Shown: positions 28,052-39,682, counted from the stretch's first letter. The stretch: 64,000 bases of DNA from an uncultured virus (IMG/VR IMGVR_UViG_3300011862_000003) (IMGVR_UViG_3300011862_000003); one strand, 5' to 3'. Numbers and translations: made by a program. Notes: generated by a model from the letters alone, not told the origin.

Positions 28052-30736
28052 ATGGGAATATTTAGAAATCCTTATAGGGTTCAAGATAGTAGTGCAAATC
28101 ATACTAGTTACTCACCAGCAGGGACATCTTTACTGAAGGGTATACAAGGTAGTCATAATTTTATTAACCAAGGCTTAATAAATGAGAAGTTATTTACAAA
28201 GAAAAGAGATCCATATGAATCTAATATTAGGCGAGCAATTCGTGAAAAACGAATATTAAATAATACTCAAAAAGCTCAAGCCTTCTTCAGAAAGCGTGCT
28301 GAAGCAGCTAATAAAGGTGGAACTATATCTAAGCACACTTTTAGAAGTAGTCTAGGAAAAATTCAATCGATTAGTGAAGTTGAGAATATTACATATGAAG
28401 GGCGAGAAGCTTTAGTAAATCGTAATAGATTAAGAACTCAGCAGATAAGAAATAGAGCTGCTAGTAATCTTGATAAAGTTTATAATAAAACTTCTAATGG
28501 TGTTAGTACTGAGAAAGAATATAGAAAAAGACTTCATCGAAGAAAAGTAAGGACTTGGAAGAAAGGTAGTGCAGCCTATAAACGATTTGATGACCAATGG
28601 AAACAGATGGGACACAAACAACGTCTTGATTTTGTAGGACCTCAAACTCAACATCCAGGAAAGAAACCAGGTAATGGTTATAAAAATAGAACAATAAATG
28701 CGAGAAATTATTGGAACACTGCTTTACGTGATGCTAGAGATAATAGAGGTACTGCGTATACTCGAGCTGCAGCGAAAGCTTCCTATGATGCTATGGCTAG
28801 AAAACGTATTGAAAATCCTAGAACATCTGCTGGTAGGTTAAGACAAAATGCTTTAGGTATAGCTAGAGAATATAAAGACGGATCGCAACTTAGAGGGGCA
28901 ACTGCTAGACTAACTTCTATGTTTGAAGCAAAAGCTGCAAGAAGAGCTGAGATAGCATCTGGGGCTAGAAAAGCTTTGGGCCCAAATGGTTTAGGAAGAG
29001 GGGCTTTATTTACATCTAATAAGGGATATACGCAAGCTACTACTGATAATTTAGCAAATTTAAGAGGAATGAAGTTTACCGAAGTAAACTACAAAGAACC
29101 TGATTTTTTTCAGAAAACATGGGAAACTATAAAAGAAAAAGCTAAGCCCTTTATTGAGGGTAAGGTAGATTCAGCTAATGATTTAATGACTGCTAGATTT
29201 AATGGCATGGATGAGACTGCATCGGGTGTTAGAGGTTATGGAGGAATTAACAAAGCTAAGACAAGAACTGCAGTTTTAGATGGTATTAGTGAATTAGATA
29301 AAGGAAGACTTCCTGAATCTGATAGAAAAAGTCCTGATGAATTAATGAAAGAGCGACGTTTAGAGAACTTGAAACAAAAGTACCCTCTAGGTGAGATGGC
29401 TATCCGTAAAGATAATGTAGATGGGACAACTAAGTATAAACCTATTAATAGTCTATTAGATACTGATAAGTTAATATCAGAAGGGAAGGTTCTTAATTCA
29501 ATAGAGAGTACAGCAGTAGAGAGAGGTTGGTGGAAAACTAAAGAAAAGGTAAAAGATCTTTTAAATGGTAATTTTAAATTTGAAGGTTCGCCTAAATATG
29601 GAACCCCTGAATTAGATCGATGGAAGAAAATGCATCGAAATGAAGCTGCTAAGAGAGTTAGAAATTTCGGTGATAATGTTGACCCATTCCACGAATCAGC
29701 TGGTAATACACATGTTCAACGAATGAGGGATCTCCAAAATTCTATACGATCTAGAATCGGTGGAGATGACATCAAAGGCCATTTCAAAAAACAAAGAGAT
29801 AAAGTACATCAACAACGAGCAGCTTTCTATGAAAAACTTCAAGCTGGTGACAATAAACAAGCAGTCTTTTTTAATACTCGTCATTTAGACTCACCTGAGT
29901 GGAAGGAATTTGATAAACAATTAGCATATATAGATAGAAAGCAAGCACAAGCCGAGAGAGTACTCAATTGGAAGAATCCTTATGAGTTTGAGCATAAAAA
30001 AACATTTATGCCTTCGGAAGGTACTAATGGATATGGTTTAGGTTTCGGTAATTTTATGAAAGCCTCAAGATCTGAACTAGGAGTACGTGGTTTAGGTTTT
30101 GCTGTAGGTGTTGGTGGTGGTGAAGCATTAGCAAATAGTTTTGGTATTATGACTACTAATCAAAAGTTACATTTAAAAACCTATGGTCAAAATGGTATAC
30201 TAAGTAAGATAATGACCCCAGGGATACAAACTGCAGGTCTAGCTTATGGTTCATTAATGTATACAGCTATGACTGGTGGGGAGATTAGTGAATTTGCAAT
30301 AAATCAATTATCAGCTGCCTTAGGCCTACAAGGTTGGCGTGTTGGATCCTCTTTTGGTGGAATGTTAGGTAAAGAACGTTTAGTTCAAGGTAGTTCAAGG
30401 ACTGCAGGTTCAATAACTAATGGTATTAAAAGTGGAGTACGTACTGGTATTACCAGAGGTGCTGCAGGTCTTCTTGGAGGTCTTACAGGTTTTGCTGTAG
30501 GTGTGGCAGCTGTACAATCAGCAGCTTGGGCTATAAAAGATTTGGCTAGTAATAGATCTACAATTCGTAAAGTAGCAAAAGAGTTTTCAACAAGAACAGG
30601 AACAATTGATACAGGATATAGTAAACAAAGCTTAACGTCTAAACAGATGGCACTTAGTAAACTCGCTAAGAGTGGATTAAATGATAGGGCTATGTTACTA
30701 GGTAATGAAGCAAGAACAATGAAAGGATTAATGTAA
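28052..30736 (+). CDS. large basic protein with Gly-rich hydrophobic C-terminus; candidate internal/ejection virion protein
   Basis: R/K-rich N-terminal half; GxxxG segments; lies before terminase. Confidence 0.65.
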   Translation: MGIFRNPYRVQDSSANHTSYSPAGTSLLKGIQGSHNFINQGLINEKLFTKKRDPYESNIRRAIREKRILNNTQKAQAFFRKRAEAANKGGTISKHTFRSSLGKIQSISEVENITYEGREALVNRNRLRTQQIRNRAASNLDKVYNKTSNGVSTEKEYRKRLHRRKVRTWKKGSAAYKRFDDQWKQMGHKQRLDFVGPQTQHPGKKPGNGYKNRTINARNYWNTALRDARDNRGTAYTRAAAKASYDAMARKRIENPRTSAGRLRQNALGIAREYKDGSQLRGATARLTSMFEAKAARRAEIASGARKALGPNGLGRGALFTSNKGYTQATTDNLANLRGMKFTEVNYKEPDFFQKTWETIKEKAKPFIEGKVDSANDLMTARFNGMDETASGVRGYGGINKAKTRTAVLDGISELDKGRLPESDRKSPDELMKERRLENLKQKYPLGEMAIRKDNVDGTTKYKPINSLLDTDKLISEGKVLNSIESTAVERGWWKTKEKVKDLLNGNFKFEGSPKYGTPELDRWKKMHRNEAAKRVRNFGDNVDPFHESAGNTHVQRMRDLQNSIRSRIGGDDIKGHFKKQRDKVHQQRAAFYEKLQAGDNKQAVFFNTRHLDSPEWKEFDKQLAYIDRKQAQAERVLNWKNPYEFEHKKTFMPSEGTNGYGLGFGNFMKASRSELGVRGLGFAVGVGGGEALANSFGIMTTNQKLHLKTYGQNGILSKIMTPGIQTAGLAYGSLMYTAMTGGEISEFAINQLSAALGLQGWRVGSSFGGMLGKERLVQGSSRTAGSITNGIKSGVRTGITRGAAGLLGGLTGFAVGVAAVQSAAWAIKDLASNRSTIRKVAKEFSTRTGTIDTGYSKQSLTSKQMALSKLAKSGLNDRAMLLGNEARTMKGLM

Positions 30737-30738
30737 AT

Positions 30739-32613
30739 ATGACAACAAAAATTAATATGGTAGAAGAAACTGATGAAGGGCTTTCAGAAGAGAATAAGAG
30801 AATTCTTAAACTTTCTGAACTCCCTTGGAGGGAATACCTAGCCGATAAAAACTATGGTAGAGATATTAATACCATGTGTGAAGAATGTGTAGCAAAACAA
30901 ATTAAAGAACATGGTAAAAGAGTTATCCCATGTAAAGGTTTAGCAAATGCTAAAAGCATGCTAGGTGAAGAAGTTTATGATAATTTAACTAGTACATATA
31001 CTGAAGAAGAAGTAGAATTACTTAACGCTATTTATGATCCTTATGCATATATGGAAGCATATTTAGATTCTGAAAAGAAAGGGAGACCTGATAGACGTTT
31101 TATTAGACGTTGGTATCAAGAACGAGTTATTAGATGTACTGCTCAATCTAAGGTAGTTCGTATGGGTCGTCGTACTGGTAAAACAATGGCACTGGCTATT
31201 CTAATCTTACATAAGGTTCTAACCAATACCAATTATCGTGTACTTTTAGTATCACCTTTTGCTGTACAAACAGAAGAAGTTGTAGATAATATTAAAAACC
31301 TCTGTACTCTTTTACCAGAAAACCCATTAGTTAGCTCTAAGGCGTCACCTAACCATGTATTAACGTTTAATACGGGATCGGTATTAAAAGGGTTTACAGC
31401 GTCAACTGATGCAAACTCAGTACGTGGTCAGCCAGGTCATCTGTTAGTATTGGATGAGATTGATGATATTCCTGAGAAAGCTATGATTTCTATTATGGGT
31501 ATTAAAATGGATAACCCTAACGTGGAGATCTGGAGATCTGGTACACCTAAAGGCGAAATGAATTTACATAAAGCTGAACAAGATATTACATCCAAGTCTT
31601 TCCATTATCCATCATTTGTTATTCCACATTATGATGACAAACTAGATAAAGAGTTAAGGGAAGAATTAGGGGAGATTGGTTTTGTACAAGAAACAATGGC
31701 TGAATTTGGTTTAGTTTCTAATGGTGTATTCCAGACAATGTTTTTACAAAAAGCACAACAACGTAGTCAATTTATTACTGTTGAGGACGTATTTAAGGAT
31801 CGTAATAGATATATTATTATTATCGGTGTTGACTGGAACCATGATCAAGTAGGCACACGTATTGTAGTTATCGCTTATGATAAATTAAATCCTCAGTTTA
31901 AAGTTATTGAAAAAGAGGCTGTATCTCAAGTAGGATATACACAACAAGCAGCAATGGAAAAGATTATCCATCTTAACCGTAAATATAATGTAGACCATAT
32001 CTTTTGCGATGAAGGTTTTGGTGCTACTCAGATAGGGGATTTAAAAAGGGTTGGTGAAGCAGCAGTTGGTGTACTACCAAAAGGCCATCCAGATCTTAAA
32101 CTATTGGATGTACAAGCAGTTAACTTTTCATCTAATACTGAATTTAAAGATCCTATTTCTGGAGATATCTATAAAACACCTACTAAACAGTTTGCAGTGC
32201 AAAATACAGTAGTAATGTTGGAGAGAGATTTACTCTCGTTGCACCCTAAAGAAGATAATGATATCATTCTACAGATGAAGAACTATATCGAGAAATCGAG
32301 GAATAAAGGTAAAATTGTTTATTCCTACATTAGTAAAAAGATTGGTGACCATGACCTTGATGCCTTAATGATAGGCTTATATGGTTATAGAAAAATATAT
32401 TCAACATTATTTGAAGGATCAGTGTTTCAAGCGATGATTAAATTTGCTAATAAAGCTGATCCTAATATGGATGGATCTGGTGCAATCGAATCTTTTTCGG
32501 AAGATATTCTTCCTCATGTACAAATTAAATTCAGCAAAGCACCTAAACATTTTAGCTCAAGAACATCTAAGATGGGAGGTCTTAATTCTAGGAATAGGAG
32601 TAGTTTTAGATGA
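30739..32613 (+). CDS. terL: terminase large subunit
   Basis: Walker A MGRRTGKT, Walker B LVLDEID, SGTP motif III, nuclease IGVDWN...DHDLDA. Confidence 0.95.
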   Translation: MTTKINMVEETDEGLSEENKRILKLSELPWREYLADKNYGRDINTMCEECVAKQIKEHGKRVIPCKGLANAKSMLGEEVYDNLTSTYTEEEVELLNAIYDPYAYMEAYLDSEKKGRPDRRFIRRWYQERVIRCTAQSKVVRMGRRTGKTMALAILILHKVLTNTNYRVLLVSPFAVQTEEVVDNIKNLCTLLPENPLVSSKASPNHVLTFNTGSVLKGFTASTDANSVRGQPGHLLVLDEIDDIPEKAMISIMGIKMDNPNVEIWRSGTPKGEMNLHKAEQDITSKSFHYPSFVIPHYDDKLDKELREELGEIGFVQETMAEFGLVSNGVFQTMFLQKAQQRSQFITVEDVFKDRNRYIIIIGVDWNHDQVGTRIVVIAYDKLNPQFKVIEKEAVSQVGYTQQAAMEKIIHLNRKYNVDHIFCDEGFGATQIGDLKRVGEAAVGVLPKGHPDLKLLDVQAVNFSSNTEFKDPISGDIYKTPTKQFAVQNTVVMLERDLLSLHPKEDNDIILQMKNYIEKSRNKGKIVYSYISKKIGDHDLDALMIGLYGYRKIYSTLFEGSVFQAMIKFANKADPNMDGSGAIESFSEDILPHVQIKFSKAPKHFSSRTSKMGGLNSRNRSSFR

Positions 32614-33017
32614 CTTATGTAATCAATACTGTAGAATCTATAAATGAATTAGCACTAGCTCTCTATGATGATAGAGATGAAGTTCTAAGAGAAGTGACAG
32701 AGAATGATTTAGTGTTCCCTGTCTTTTCAAATAAAAGGATTATCAAGAGGCTATATCTTATAGGTGAGTTTCTTTATAAGAAACAAATAACAGTATCTGT
32801 ATCAACAGATAATACACAATATATAGCAAAAGTAGTTATAGGTAGAGAAGATATTCGTTATAGTGATTTTATCGAATATACTAATACGCATAGTACCACA
32901 TATGATACGAGTCCTTATAAATATTTAAATGCTTTGCCAGTAGATATCTACATAGAATCATTAGGTTTTAGTTCAGAAGATGTAAGTATCGAAATTGATC
33001 TTAAAGTTGAGGATTAA
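32610..33017 (+). CDS. hypothetical virion protein
   Basis: ATGA overlap with terL. Confidence 0.7.
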   Translation: MTYVINTVESINELALALYDDRDEVLREVTENDLVFPVFSNKRIIKRLYLIGEFLYKKQITVSVSTDNTQYIAKVVIGREDIRYSDFIEYTNTHSTTYDTSPYKYLNALPVDIYIESLGFSSEDVSIEIDLKVED

Positions 33018-33018
33018 C

Positions 33019-33813
33019 ATGAAAGTTATTGATAATATTACATTTGGATTAGGTTATTATGATCCAAGAGTTGATGGTATTAAAGAAGTATCAGATATTA
33101 AAATAAGTATTAATCCTTTTGAAACTAAAACTTATAAGTTTTATATATATGGTCAGAAAATTACTAACAATAGTATTATAAATATTGTTAGTAATATCGA
33201 ATCTCTTGTCCAAGCAAATAAAGTTGCCTTATCTATGTCAGCAACAAATGGAAGAAAATTTTGGACTAATAGTGATACACAGATAACCAGAGATGGAGTT
33301 AATTTATATCCACTACTAGTCACTATAACTAACACACACTATTCAGAATTAAATACCAACTTAATTCTAGATTTATCTCTACAGTCAACTATAGGTTCAA
33401 AAGCTACATCATTAAGTTATTATGGTGACTTAATTGATAAGGATAACTATAAAGTTCTTCCACGAGATGTAGAAAATAAATCAAAACGTACAGTAGTTAT
33501 AGATCCTAGACCTGATGGTGCTGATTATACATATTTATCTTATTCATCAGGAGATACATTAATATTCTTAGACGATAATACTGCCATCCCTTATACACCA
33601 GTAAGTCCACAAGTAGTTCAAAGTATGGCAGCTATGTCTATGCCTGATGCTGGTTATTATTTATGGGATGATGGTGAAATTATAGATTGGGATACAGATA
33701 TTAATACAGAAGTATCACAAACAAATGCAATAGCAGATGATAAAGGAAATAAATTAGTTTCAGATGATGGCATCGGATATCAATCAGAAGATAATAAGAT
33801 AGAAGGAGAATAA
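33019..33813 (+). CDS. hypothetical virion protein (start MKVIDN)
   Basis: GAGGA RBS; beta-rich. Confidence 0.7.
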   Translation: MKVIDNITFGLGYYDPRVDGIKEVSDIKISINPFETKTYKFYIYGQKITNNSIINIVSNIESLVQANKVALSMSATNGRKFWTNSDTQITRDGVNLYPLLVTITNTHYSELNTNLILDLSLQSTIGSKATSLSYYGDLIDKDNYKVLPRDVENKSKRTVVIDPRPDGADYTYLSYSSGDTLIFLDDNTAIPYTPVSPQVVQSMAAMSMPDAGYYLWDDGEIIDWDTDINTEVSQTNAIADDKGNKLVSDDGIGYQSEDNKIEGE

Positions 33814-33814
33814 T

Positions 33815-34066
33815 ATGACAGAAGAAGGTCTAGCATTATATAAGGAAGCTATAGAAGCTTCCGAAGACCTCAGATTAAAATTGAGTAAAGTTAGAATTAA
33901 AATAGAAGGTAGTAAGAGTCCTAAGGTTATTAAAGCTATTAAAGAAATATTTGGTGAATCTTATATCACTGATAAAGGGGATGCATATCTAACATATGAT
34001 ATGTATTGCTCTGTTGTAAATTTAATAAGAGTTTTAGGTAATACTACAGCAATGGAGGCGATATGA
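33815..34066 (+). CDS. hypothetical protein
   Basis: AAGGAG RBS. Confidence 0.7.
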   Translation: MTEEGLALYKEAIEASEDLRLKLSKVRIKIEGSKSPKVIKAIKEIFGESYITDKGDAYLTYDMYCSVVNLIRVLGNTTAMEAI

Positions 34067-34569
34067 GTAATTTAAACTTTTCAGCATTCTTAGATTCGTA
34101 TCAAGATACATATGCAGATAAAGATATAGCAGAAGCTTATATGCAAATGTATCAATACGCAGCAGAAGATTTTACATCTCATCCAGATATGGCAATGTAT
34201 ATTAAAGCTGTAACAGCTTGGATGACATCTGTTGATTCAAGATTAACACAACAGATGTCATTAATATCCTCGCATACTCATAGGATTCCTCCTCACTCTC
34301 ATCCAGGAGGTCATGGTGGACCAACACCATTAGTAACTATGAATCCTATTAATGCTGCATCTATTAAGTGGGCTGCTATTCCTTATCCTGCATATATTAA
34401 TACAACACTTACCAAACCTAATATGTTTGGTAACTTTATTATGGTGAGTATAGCATCAGAAGGTAACATTTTTCCTAAGATTAGAAGAGCATTACCTATA
34501 CCTATTACATTGCGACCATTACTATCACCTGCATTACAAGATGCATTAACAGCAGTAATTGGAGGTTAA
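34063..34569 (+). CDS. virion protein with HxH motifs (spike-tip-like)
   Basis: HTHRIPPHSHPGGHGGPT after a coiled coil. Confidence 0.6.
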   Translation: MSNLNFSAFLDSYQDTYADKDIAEAYMQMYQYAAEDFTSHPDMAMYIKAVTAWMTSVDSRLTQQMSLISSHTHRIPPHSHPGGHGGPTPLVTMNPINAASIKWAAIPYPAYINTTLTKPNMFGNFIMVSIASEGNIFPKIRRALPIPITLRPLLSPALQDALTAVIGG

Positions 34570-34570
34570 T

Positions 34571-36241
34571 ATGGAATTAAGTTATACCGAGCAGAACTTC
34601 AATTCATCCGAAATTCTTTATAGTGCTCAATTGATTGCTGATACTTTTGCAGAATCTTTAAAACAGAATAACTGTTTACTGATGTTAACAGCTGCTCTCC
34701 ATCAAGAATTAAATGACGCTATTAATGATTATAAAGATTTAGATAAGATTGCAACAGATAGTAATAATAACACTAATGTAGAAAGATTTGATGATACTAT
34801 TTTAGATTCCATACAAGAAGCAGTGCAGGCAAGTAAGGATAGATGTTATTCATGTAAATTAACTATGCCTGTTTTAGATTTCGATATGAATCTTGATGCA
34901 GTATTAGGAAAATTAAGAGGTATGTTAGATACCTATGTAAATATCTTTAAGATAGGTAAGCTAGACTTATGTCAAGCTGCATATGCAATGTCCAAATCCT
35001 GTCTTCCTGATATATTAAAACTTATTGTATTACTGATTACAGCATATGCTTCTATTATGATGTTAAAAAGTATTGCAAGTATTTCAATATTAGCTTTTAT
35101 TAAAGGAATTATTAGTGCTTTATTAGAGAAAATTTTTTCATCACTAAAAATGACTATCTCTATCGGAAGCACAAATACACAATGTATTATTGAAGCTCTA
35201 AGAGAGATTGCAGATACACTATTACCAACAGAGGAAAGAATTTTAGCTCAATTAGATAGAGATTCTAAAATAGCTCTAGGTCAAGATGAGAAGACACTAA
35301 ATGGTAGTTCATCTGCATTTGCTAATGACTATATTGGTGCTGTTAGTGATGCTCTGAGTAGATCTGATTCTGAACTTTCTCGTATTGATGGTTTTATTGA
35401 GAATACAGAAAAAAAGATTAATGATATTTTTAAAATTATTATTGGTGTTTTTGATGAAGGCATGGAAGAATTAAATGCTTATATCCAAAACCTATTAGCA
35501 TTTAAATCTACTTTTGAATGTGAAGCTAAAAGAAGTGGTACAGATATTCAGGATGTAATTGATAAAGTAAATAAACTTATTCAAGTATTAAACTTATTAA
35601 GTGCTGTTGCAATGGGTATTGCTAAAAAAGACGCAAGAGAAAAGATATGTAGTTCACAGAAACGTATTGATGCGATTTCTGATATTACAGTTGAAGATGT
35701 TCAAATGAAAGATATCGTAGAAGAGTACTACGGAAAAGAAGCGGAAATTGTAGAAAACCCTGAAACAGGGATCCAAATTATTATCTATGATAAACCAAAA
35801 GAACCATTATTACCTAAAATCGATCTGTTAAATTGTTCAATTAATGATTTTATTGATGCTCATAGTATTGATAATATTATTAAGATAGCTGAAGACGAAG
35901 TTCGAAATGAAGTAGAGAATCCAAAAACTATTCAAAGAAATGAAGATAGTGTTAAAATTGGAGAAGGTACCTATGTAGTCAATAAGCCAACTCCTGAGCA
36001 GTTGACAAATATTAGTAACATAGTTAACATTCTTTACGATGATCCAGCAACACGTGATAATACAGCTGAAGAGATCGTGTCTAGTTTAATAGACGAACCT
36101 GTGTCTGAAGACATTGTAAACATAATTGGAACACAAGGTGTTTCAGATTTATTCAAAGAAACTAATAACTCAGATAATATATCTATTAATTGTAGAAGTA
36201 TTGATGATGTTATGAGTATTCTAAATCAAATAAGGAGATAA
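34571..36241 (+). CDS. helical, Cys-containing protein with central hydrophobic segment
   Basis: GGAGGT RBS before MELSYT; directly upstream of portal. Confidence 0.7.
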   Translation: MELSYTEQNFNSSEILYSAQLIADTFAESLKQNNCLLMLTAALHQELNDAINDYKDLDKIATDSNNNTNVERFDDTILDSIQEAVQASKDRCYSCKLTMPVLDFDMNLDAVLGKLRGMLDTYVNIFKIGKLDLCQAAYAMSKSCLPDILKLIVLLITAYASIMMLKSIASISILAFIKGIISALLEKIFSSLKMTISIGSTNTQCIIEALREIADTLLPTEERILAQLDRDSKIALGQDEKTLNGSSSAFANDYIGAVSDALSRSDSELSRIDGFIENTEKKINDIFKIIIGVFDEGMEELNAYIQNLLAFKSTFECEAKRSGTDIQDVIDKVNKLIQVLNLLSAVAMGIAKKDAREKICSSQKRIDAISDITVEDVQMKDIVEEYYGKEAEIVENPETGIQIIIYDKPKEPLLPKIDLLNCSINDFIDAHSIDNIIKIAEDEVRNEVENPKTIQRNEDSVKIGEGTYVVNKPTPEQLTNISNIVNILYDDPATRDNTAEEIVSSLIDEPVSEDIVNIIGTQGVSDLFKETNNSDNISINCRSIDDVMSILNQIRR

Positions 36242-36247
36242 CTATAA

Positions 36248-37837
36248 GTGAACGTAGTTTTAAATACTAACCTACGCAATACTCATAGTTTCAGTATCGA
36301 AGATGCTCAAAAAGCTATTCAATTTAAACAGGTAGGTACCCCTAATTATCGATATATTGTACATCGATTAATGGGGTTTTCTCCTGAAGAATATACAGAT
36401 ATGGAGTATGACTTATCTGAGTCATCACGTATTATTGATACTGAAGCATATGTTTCAGAAACCTTTAGAAAGAAAAGACAACTAATTGTAAAAAATGGTT
36501 TTATTTTTGATAGTGAAGATAAAAAGAATCTTGAGTACATTAAACAAAGGTTAGAAGAATTTGAATTCGTAACACAACAAACTTTCCGAGATCTACTAGC
36601 TGAAATTGTAGAAAATATGGTTAATTATAATAATTGTTTTATTCTTAAATATAGGAAAGAAGAATCATCTAGTGGTGAAATTAGATCAATCCCAAGTGGT
36701 AAAGAATTTAAACCTATTGCAGGATTATACGTATTAGCTTCTCCTACAATAGATACTGCAAATGATGCGAAGTCTGGTAGAATTATTAAGTACCGTCATA
36801 GAATTACAGACAAGTATAGTAAACAGTTTAGACCAACAGATATCTATCATATCTATGAAAACAGACGCACTGGTATGACTATTGGTACACCACCCCTTGA
36901 GGCTGTACGAGATGATATTTTAACGCTAAGAAGTATTGAACAATATACAGAAGATATGATTCGTAAGAATGCTTCTCCCTTTGTACATGTTAAAGTAGGT
37001 AATGATGCACAACCAGCTAGGTTACTTGGTGATGGTTCTTCTGAAGTTGATATCTATAGTAGTATTATTGATAATATGGAATACACTGGTGGTGTAGCTA
37101 CACCACATAGAGTAGAAATAGATTATAAAGGTTCAGAGTCTAGAGCTATGAGGTTAGAGTCATATCTTGCTTATTTTAAAGCAAGAGTTCTCTCAGGCTT
37201 ATCTATATCTGAAGCAGATTTAGGTGGTACTCAAAATGGTGATGGTGTTTTTGAATCATTACGAGAAGACGTAAGAGCTTATCAAGATACTATTTCTAAT
37301 TTTATTACTAATTATATTTTTACAGAATTACTTCTTGAATCACCTAGATATAAGAATAAATTTTATATTCCAACTGAAGAAAGAGTTTATCTTAAATTCC
37401 TTGAAGCTGATGAAGATAGACGTATTAAACTAGAATCTCATGCTTTAAACTTATTTGTATCGGGACTGATATCTAAAGAAGCTGCAATTAGGAATACTAC
37501 CTATGATGTAGCAGATTTACAACCTGATCCTCCAGTTGAAGATAATTCAAAAGTTAATAAAAATAATAGTGTAAAAGCATCTATTAGGAATAACGTAATA
37601 TCTCCAACTAACCAACACACACCTAAAACTGCTATTAAAGATAGTCTTCAATATGATAACTATTACGACGCAGACTTTGAAAAATTCAAAGTAAATATTG
37701 AAAATACATTCCCTCGTTTTAACGGATTCAATAGGTTTGTGAAACAATTGCATAAGAAAGCATCTGAAATACGTGAACAACATGATAGAAACTATGTAAA
37801 TCAATTCATAGAATCAGCATTGTTGTCAGCTATGTAA
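36248..37837 (+). CDS. portal protein
   Basis: DIYHI...G.TIGTPPLEAV...PFVHVKVG pattern; size and position before protease and MCP. Confidence 0.8.
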   Translation: MNVVLNTNLRNTHSFSIEDAQKAIQFKQVGTPNYRYIVHRLMGFSPEEYTDMEYDLSESSRIIDTEAYVSETFRKKRQLIVKNGFIFDSEDKKNLEYIKQRLEEFEFVTQQTFRDLLAEIVENMVNYNNCFILKYRKEESSSGEIRSIPSGKEFKPIAGLYVLASPTIDTANDAKSGRIIKYRHRITDKYSKQFRPTDIYHIYENRRTGMTIGTPPLEAVRDDILTLRSIEQYTEDMIRKNASPFVHVKVGNDAQPARLLGDGSSEVDIYSSIIDNMEYTGGVATPHRVEIDYKGSESRAMRLESYLAYFKARVLSGLSISEADLGGTQNGDGVFESLREDVRAYQDTISNFITNYIFTELLLESPRYKNKFYIPTEERVYLKFLEADEDRRIKLESHALNLFVSGLISKEAAIRNTTYDVADLQPDPPVEDNSKVNKNNSVKASIRNNVISPTNQHTPKTAIKDSLQYDNYYDADFEKFKVNIENTFPRFNGFNRFVKQLHKKASEIREQHDRNYVNQFIESALLSAM

Positions 37838-37851
37838 AAGGTCTATATACT

Positions 37852-39651
37852 ATGAAAGTAAATTCAGTAGAAACTATTTCAATGAATAAATTACACATTG
37901 AAGATTCAGCAAAGAAACCTGTTTCATTAAAAATTGAAGCAGCTCATGCTGGTATTGTTAATGGTAATTATATTTTTTATACCCCTAAAGCATTAAGGGA
38001 AGGAAGTAAGTCTCTAAAAGAGTTTTTTAAACCATTACAGAAAAAGCATTTTGACAAAACATTAGGATATATTTATGATGCAGTTTTTGAAGAAAAACAT
38101 GTATCTGATTATCAACGTGATATCGAGATTGCAAGTACACCTGAAGAATTAGGTAAAGCAGTAAAAGCTTATTACTACTCAGAAGAGTATCATAAAAATA
38201 AAGAAGGGTTTGGAGTCCTAGTTTCAAAAGCTCGTCTATATGATGATGAAAAGATTAGTAAGTTAGCTCATAATGATAGAGGATATGTTTCTATCGCTGG
38301 TGATTCTAATTCAGCTGTTTGTAGTATCTGTTACGGTAATGCAGCAGAATGTGAACATGACTTAGGTTCTAGATACGGTAACGAAATTTGTTTCGCTATT
38401 GCAGATAGTCTTGAGTTGGATCATATTTCTTTTGAAGATATTCCAGCAAATTGGAAAACAAACACACTTATTATTACTGATTCACAAGTACTAGGTAAAG
38501 TAGAATTAATAGAAGAAGGACAAACAATGAAATTAACATTAGATGCATTTAAAGAAAGTTTAGGTAATGTAGAGAATATCCTAACTGAACTCAATTTATC
38601 TGAACACTTAGAAGCATATAAAGCAGACGTAGAAGCTGCAAAAGGTGGTGATTTTCTTTTCCCTAAAGAAAAACTGTTGCCATTACAAACTAAACTAGGC
38701 GTTATCGTTGCAACCAAGCTTCTTGATAATCTTGAAGATGGTACCGACAAAGATACAGTTGCAACTTTAGTTACTAAAGAATATACTAAATTACTAGGTG
38801 AGACTTCTATTGAAGAAGCTGTAGAACAACTAGTTGTAGTTGAACCAGAACAAGTAGAAGAAACTCCAGAAGAACTACCAACTGAAGGTACAGAACCTGT
38901 AGTAGTTGAAGTAACTGAAGAGACAGAAGCCGGTGAAGAAAAACTAGAAATTACTGATGCTGATCAGATGGTTTTAAAAATTGTTGACAGTTTATCTAAT
39001 CTAGTAGATACTAAGCTTGCTGATTTGCAATCTAAAGTAGAATCACTTATGATTCAAGATAAAGCACAGCATCAGAATAAAATCTATGAAGATCATATTG
39101 ATGCGTTGAAACAAGATTTAGTGTTAGCTTCTACAACTGAAGCTCAACTTACAGAAGAACTTCGTAAAAGTCTATTAGGTCAGATTTCTCTTCTTAAACA
39201 AGTTGATACTGGGTCTGAGTATTATCAAAAACTTGAAACCCGTTCAGTAAAAGAGTTACAATTAACTCTTGAGGATCATATTGCTTTACAAACTGGTAGT
39301 GGATCTGTTACATTTGCACCTGCAAGTGAAACTATTGTAGAATCTACACCTGCTGATGCAGCTACACTAGCTGTCACTGATTCTCAAAAACAAGTTAGCG
39401 AACAAGTAGTTGAAGAACAAGTAGATGTTACTGAAGCTGTTGCTTCTATGTCTTCAGAAGAAGACGACAATAAAGCAACTCTTCAAATTACAGATGCTGA
39501 TACTGTAGTTAGCAAACTCGTATCGGAGCTTGGTGATCGTATGTTGGGTAGAACAGAATATGCTGCTCTTTATAAATCAACTGCATCTGAGCATGGTATT
39601 GCTACAGCTAAAAAACTTCACGCTGTTTTAAAACAACAATTCAAAATTTAA
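37852..39651 (+). CDS. prohead protease / scaffold fusion
   Basis: VSIAG..AVCSIC...CEH...ISFEDIPA protease-like domain plus acidic coiled coil; recurring ITD/IKD/IED motifs. Confidence 0.75.
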   Translation: MKVNSVETISMNKLHIEDSAKKPVSLKIEAAHAGIVNGNYIFYTPKALREGSKSLKEFFKPLQKKHFDKTLGYIYDAVFEEKHVSDYQRDIEIASTPEELGKAVKAYYYSEEYHKNKEGFGVLVSKARLYDDEKISKLAHNDRGYVSIAGDSNSAVCSICYGNAAECEHDLGSRYGNEICFAIADSLELDHISFEDIPANWKTNTLIITDSQVLGKVELIEEGQTMKLTLDAFKESLGNVENILTELNLSEHLEAYKADVEAAKGGDFLFPKEKLLPLQTKLGVIVATKLLDNLEDGTDKDTVATLVTKEYTKLLGETSIEEAVEQLVVVEPEQVEETPEELPTEGTEPVVVEVTEETEAGEEKLEITDADQMVLKIVDSLSNLVDTKLADLQSKVESLMIQDKAQHQNKIYEDHIDALKQDLVLASTTEAQLTEELRKSLLGQISLLKQVDTGSEYYQKLETRSVKELQLTLEDHIALQTGSGSVTFAPASETIVESTPADAATLAVTDSQKQVSEQVVEEQVDVTEAVASMSSEEDDNKATLQITDADTVVSKLVSELGDRMLGRTEYAALYKSTASEHGIATAKKLHAVLKQQFKI

Positions 39652-39682
39652 TAGATAATCCTTATTCGGAGAATAAAATATT

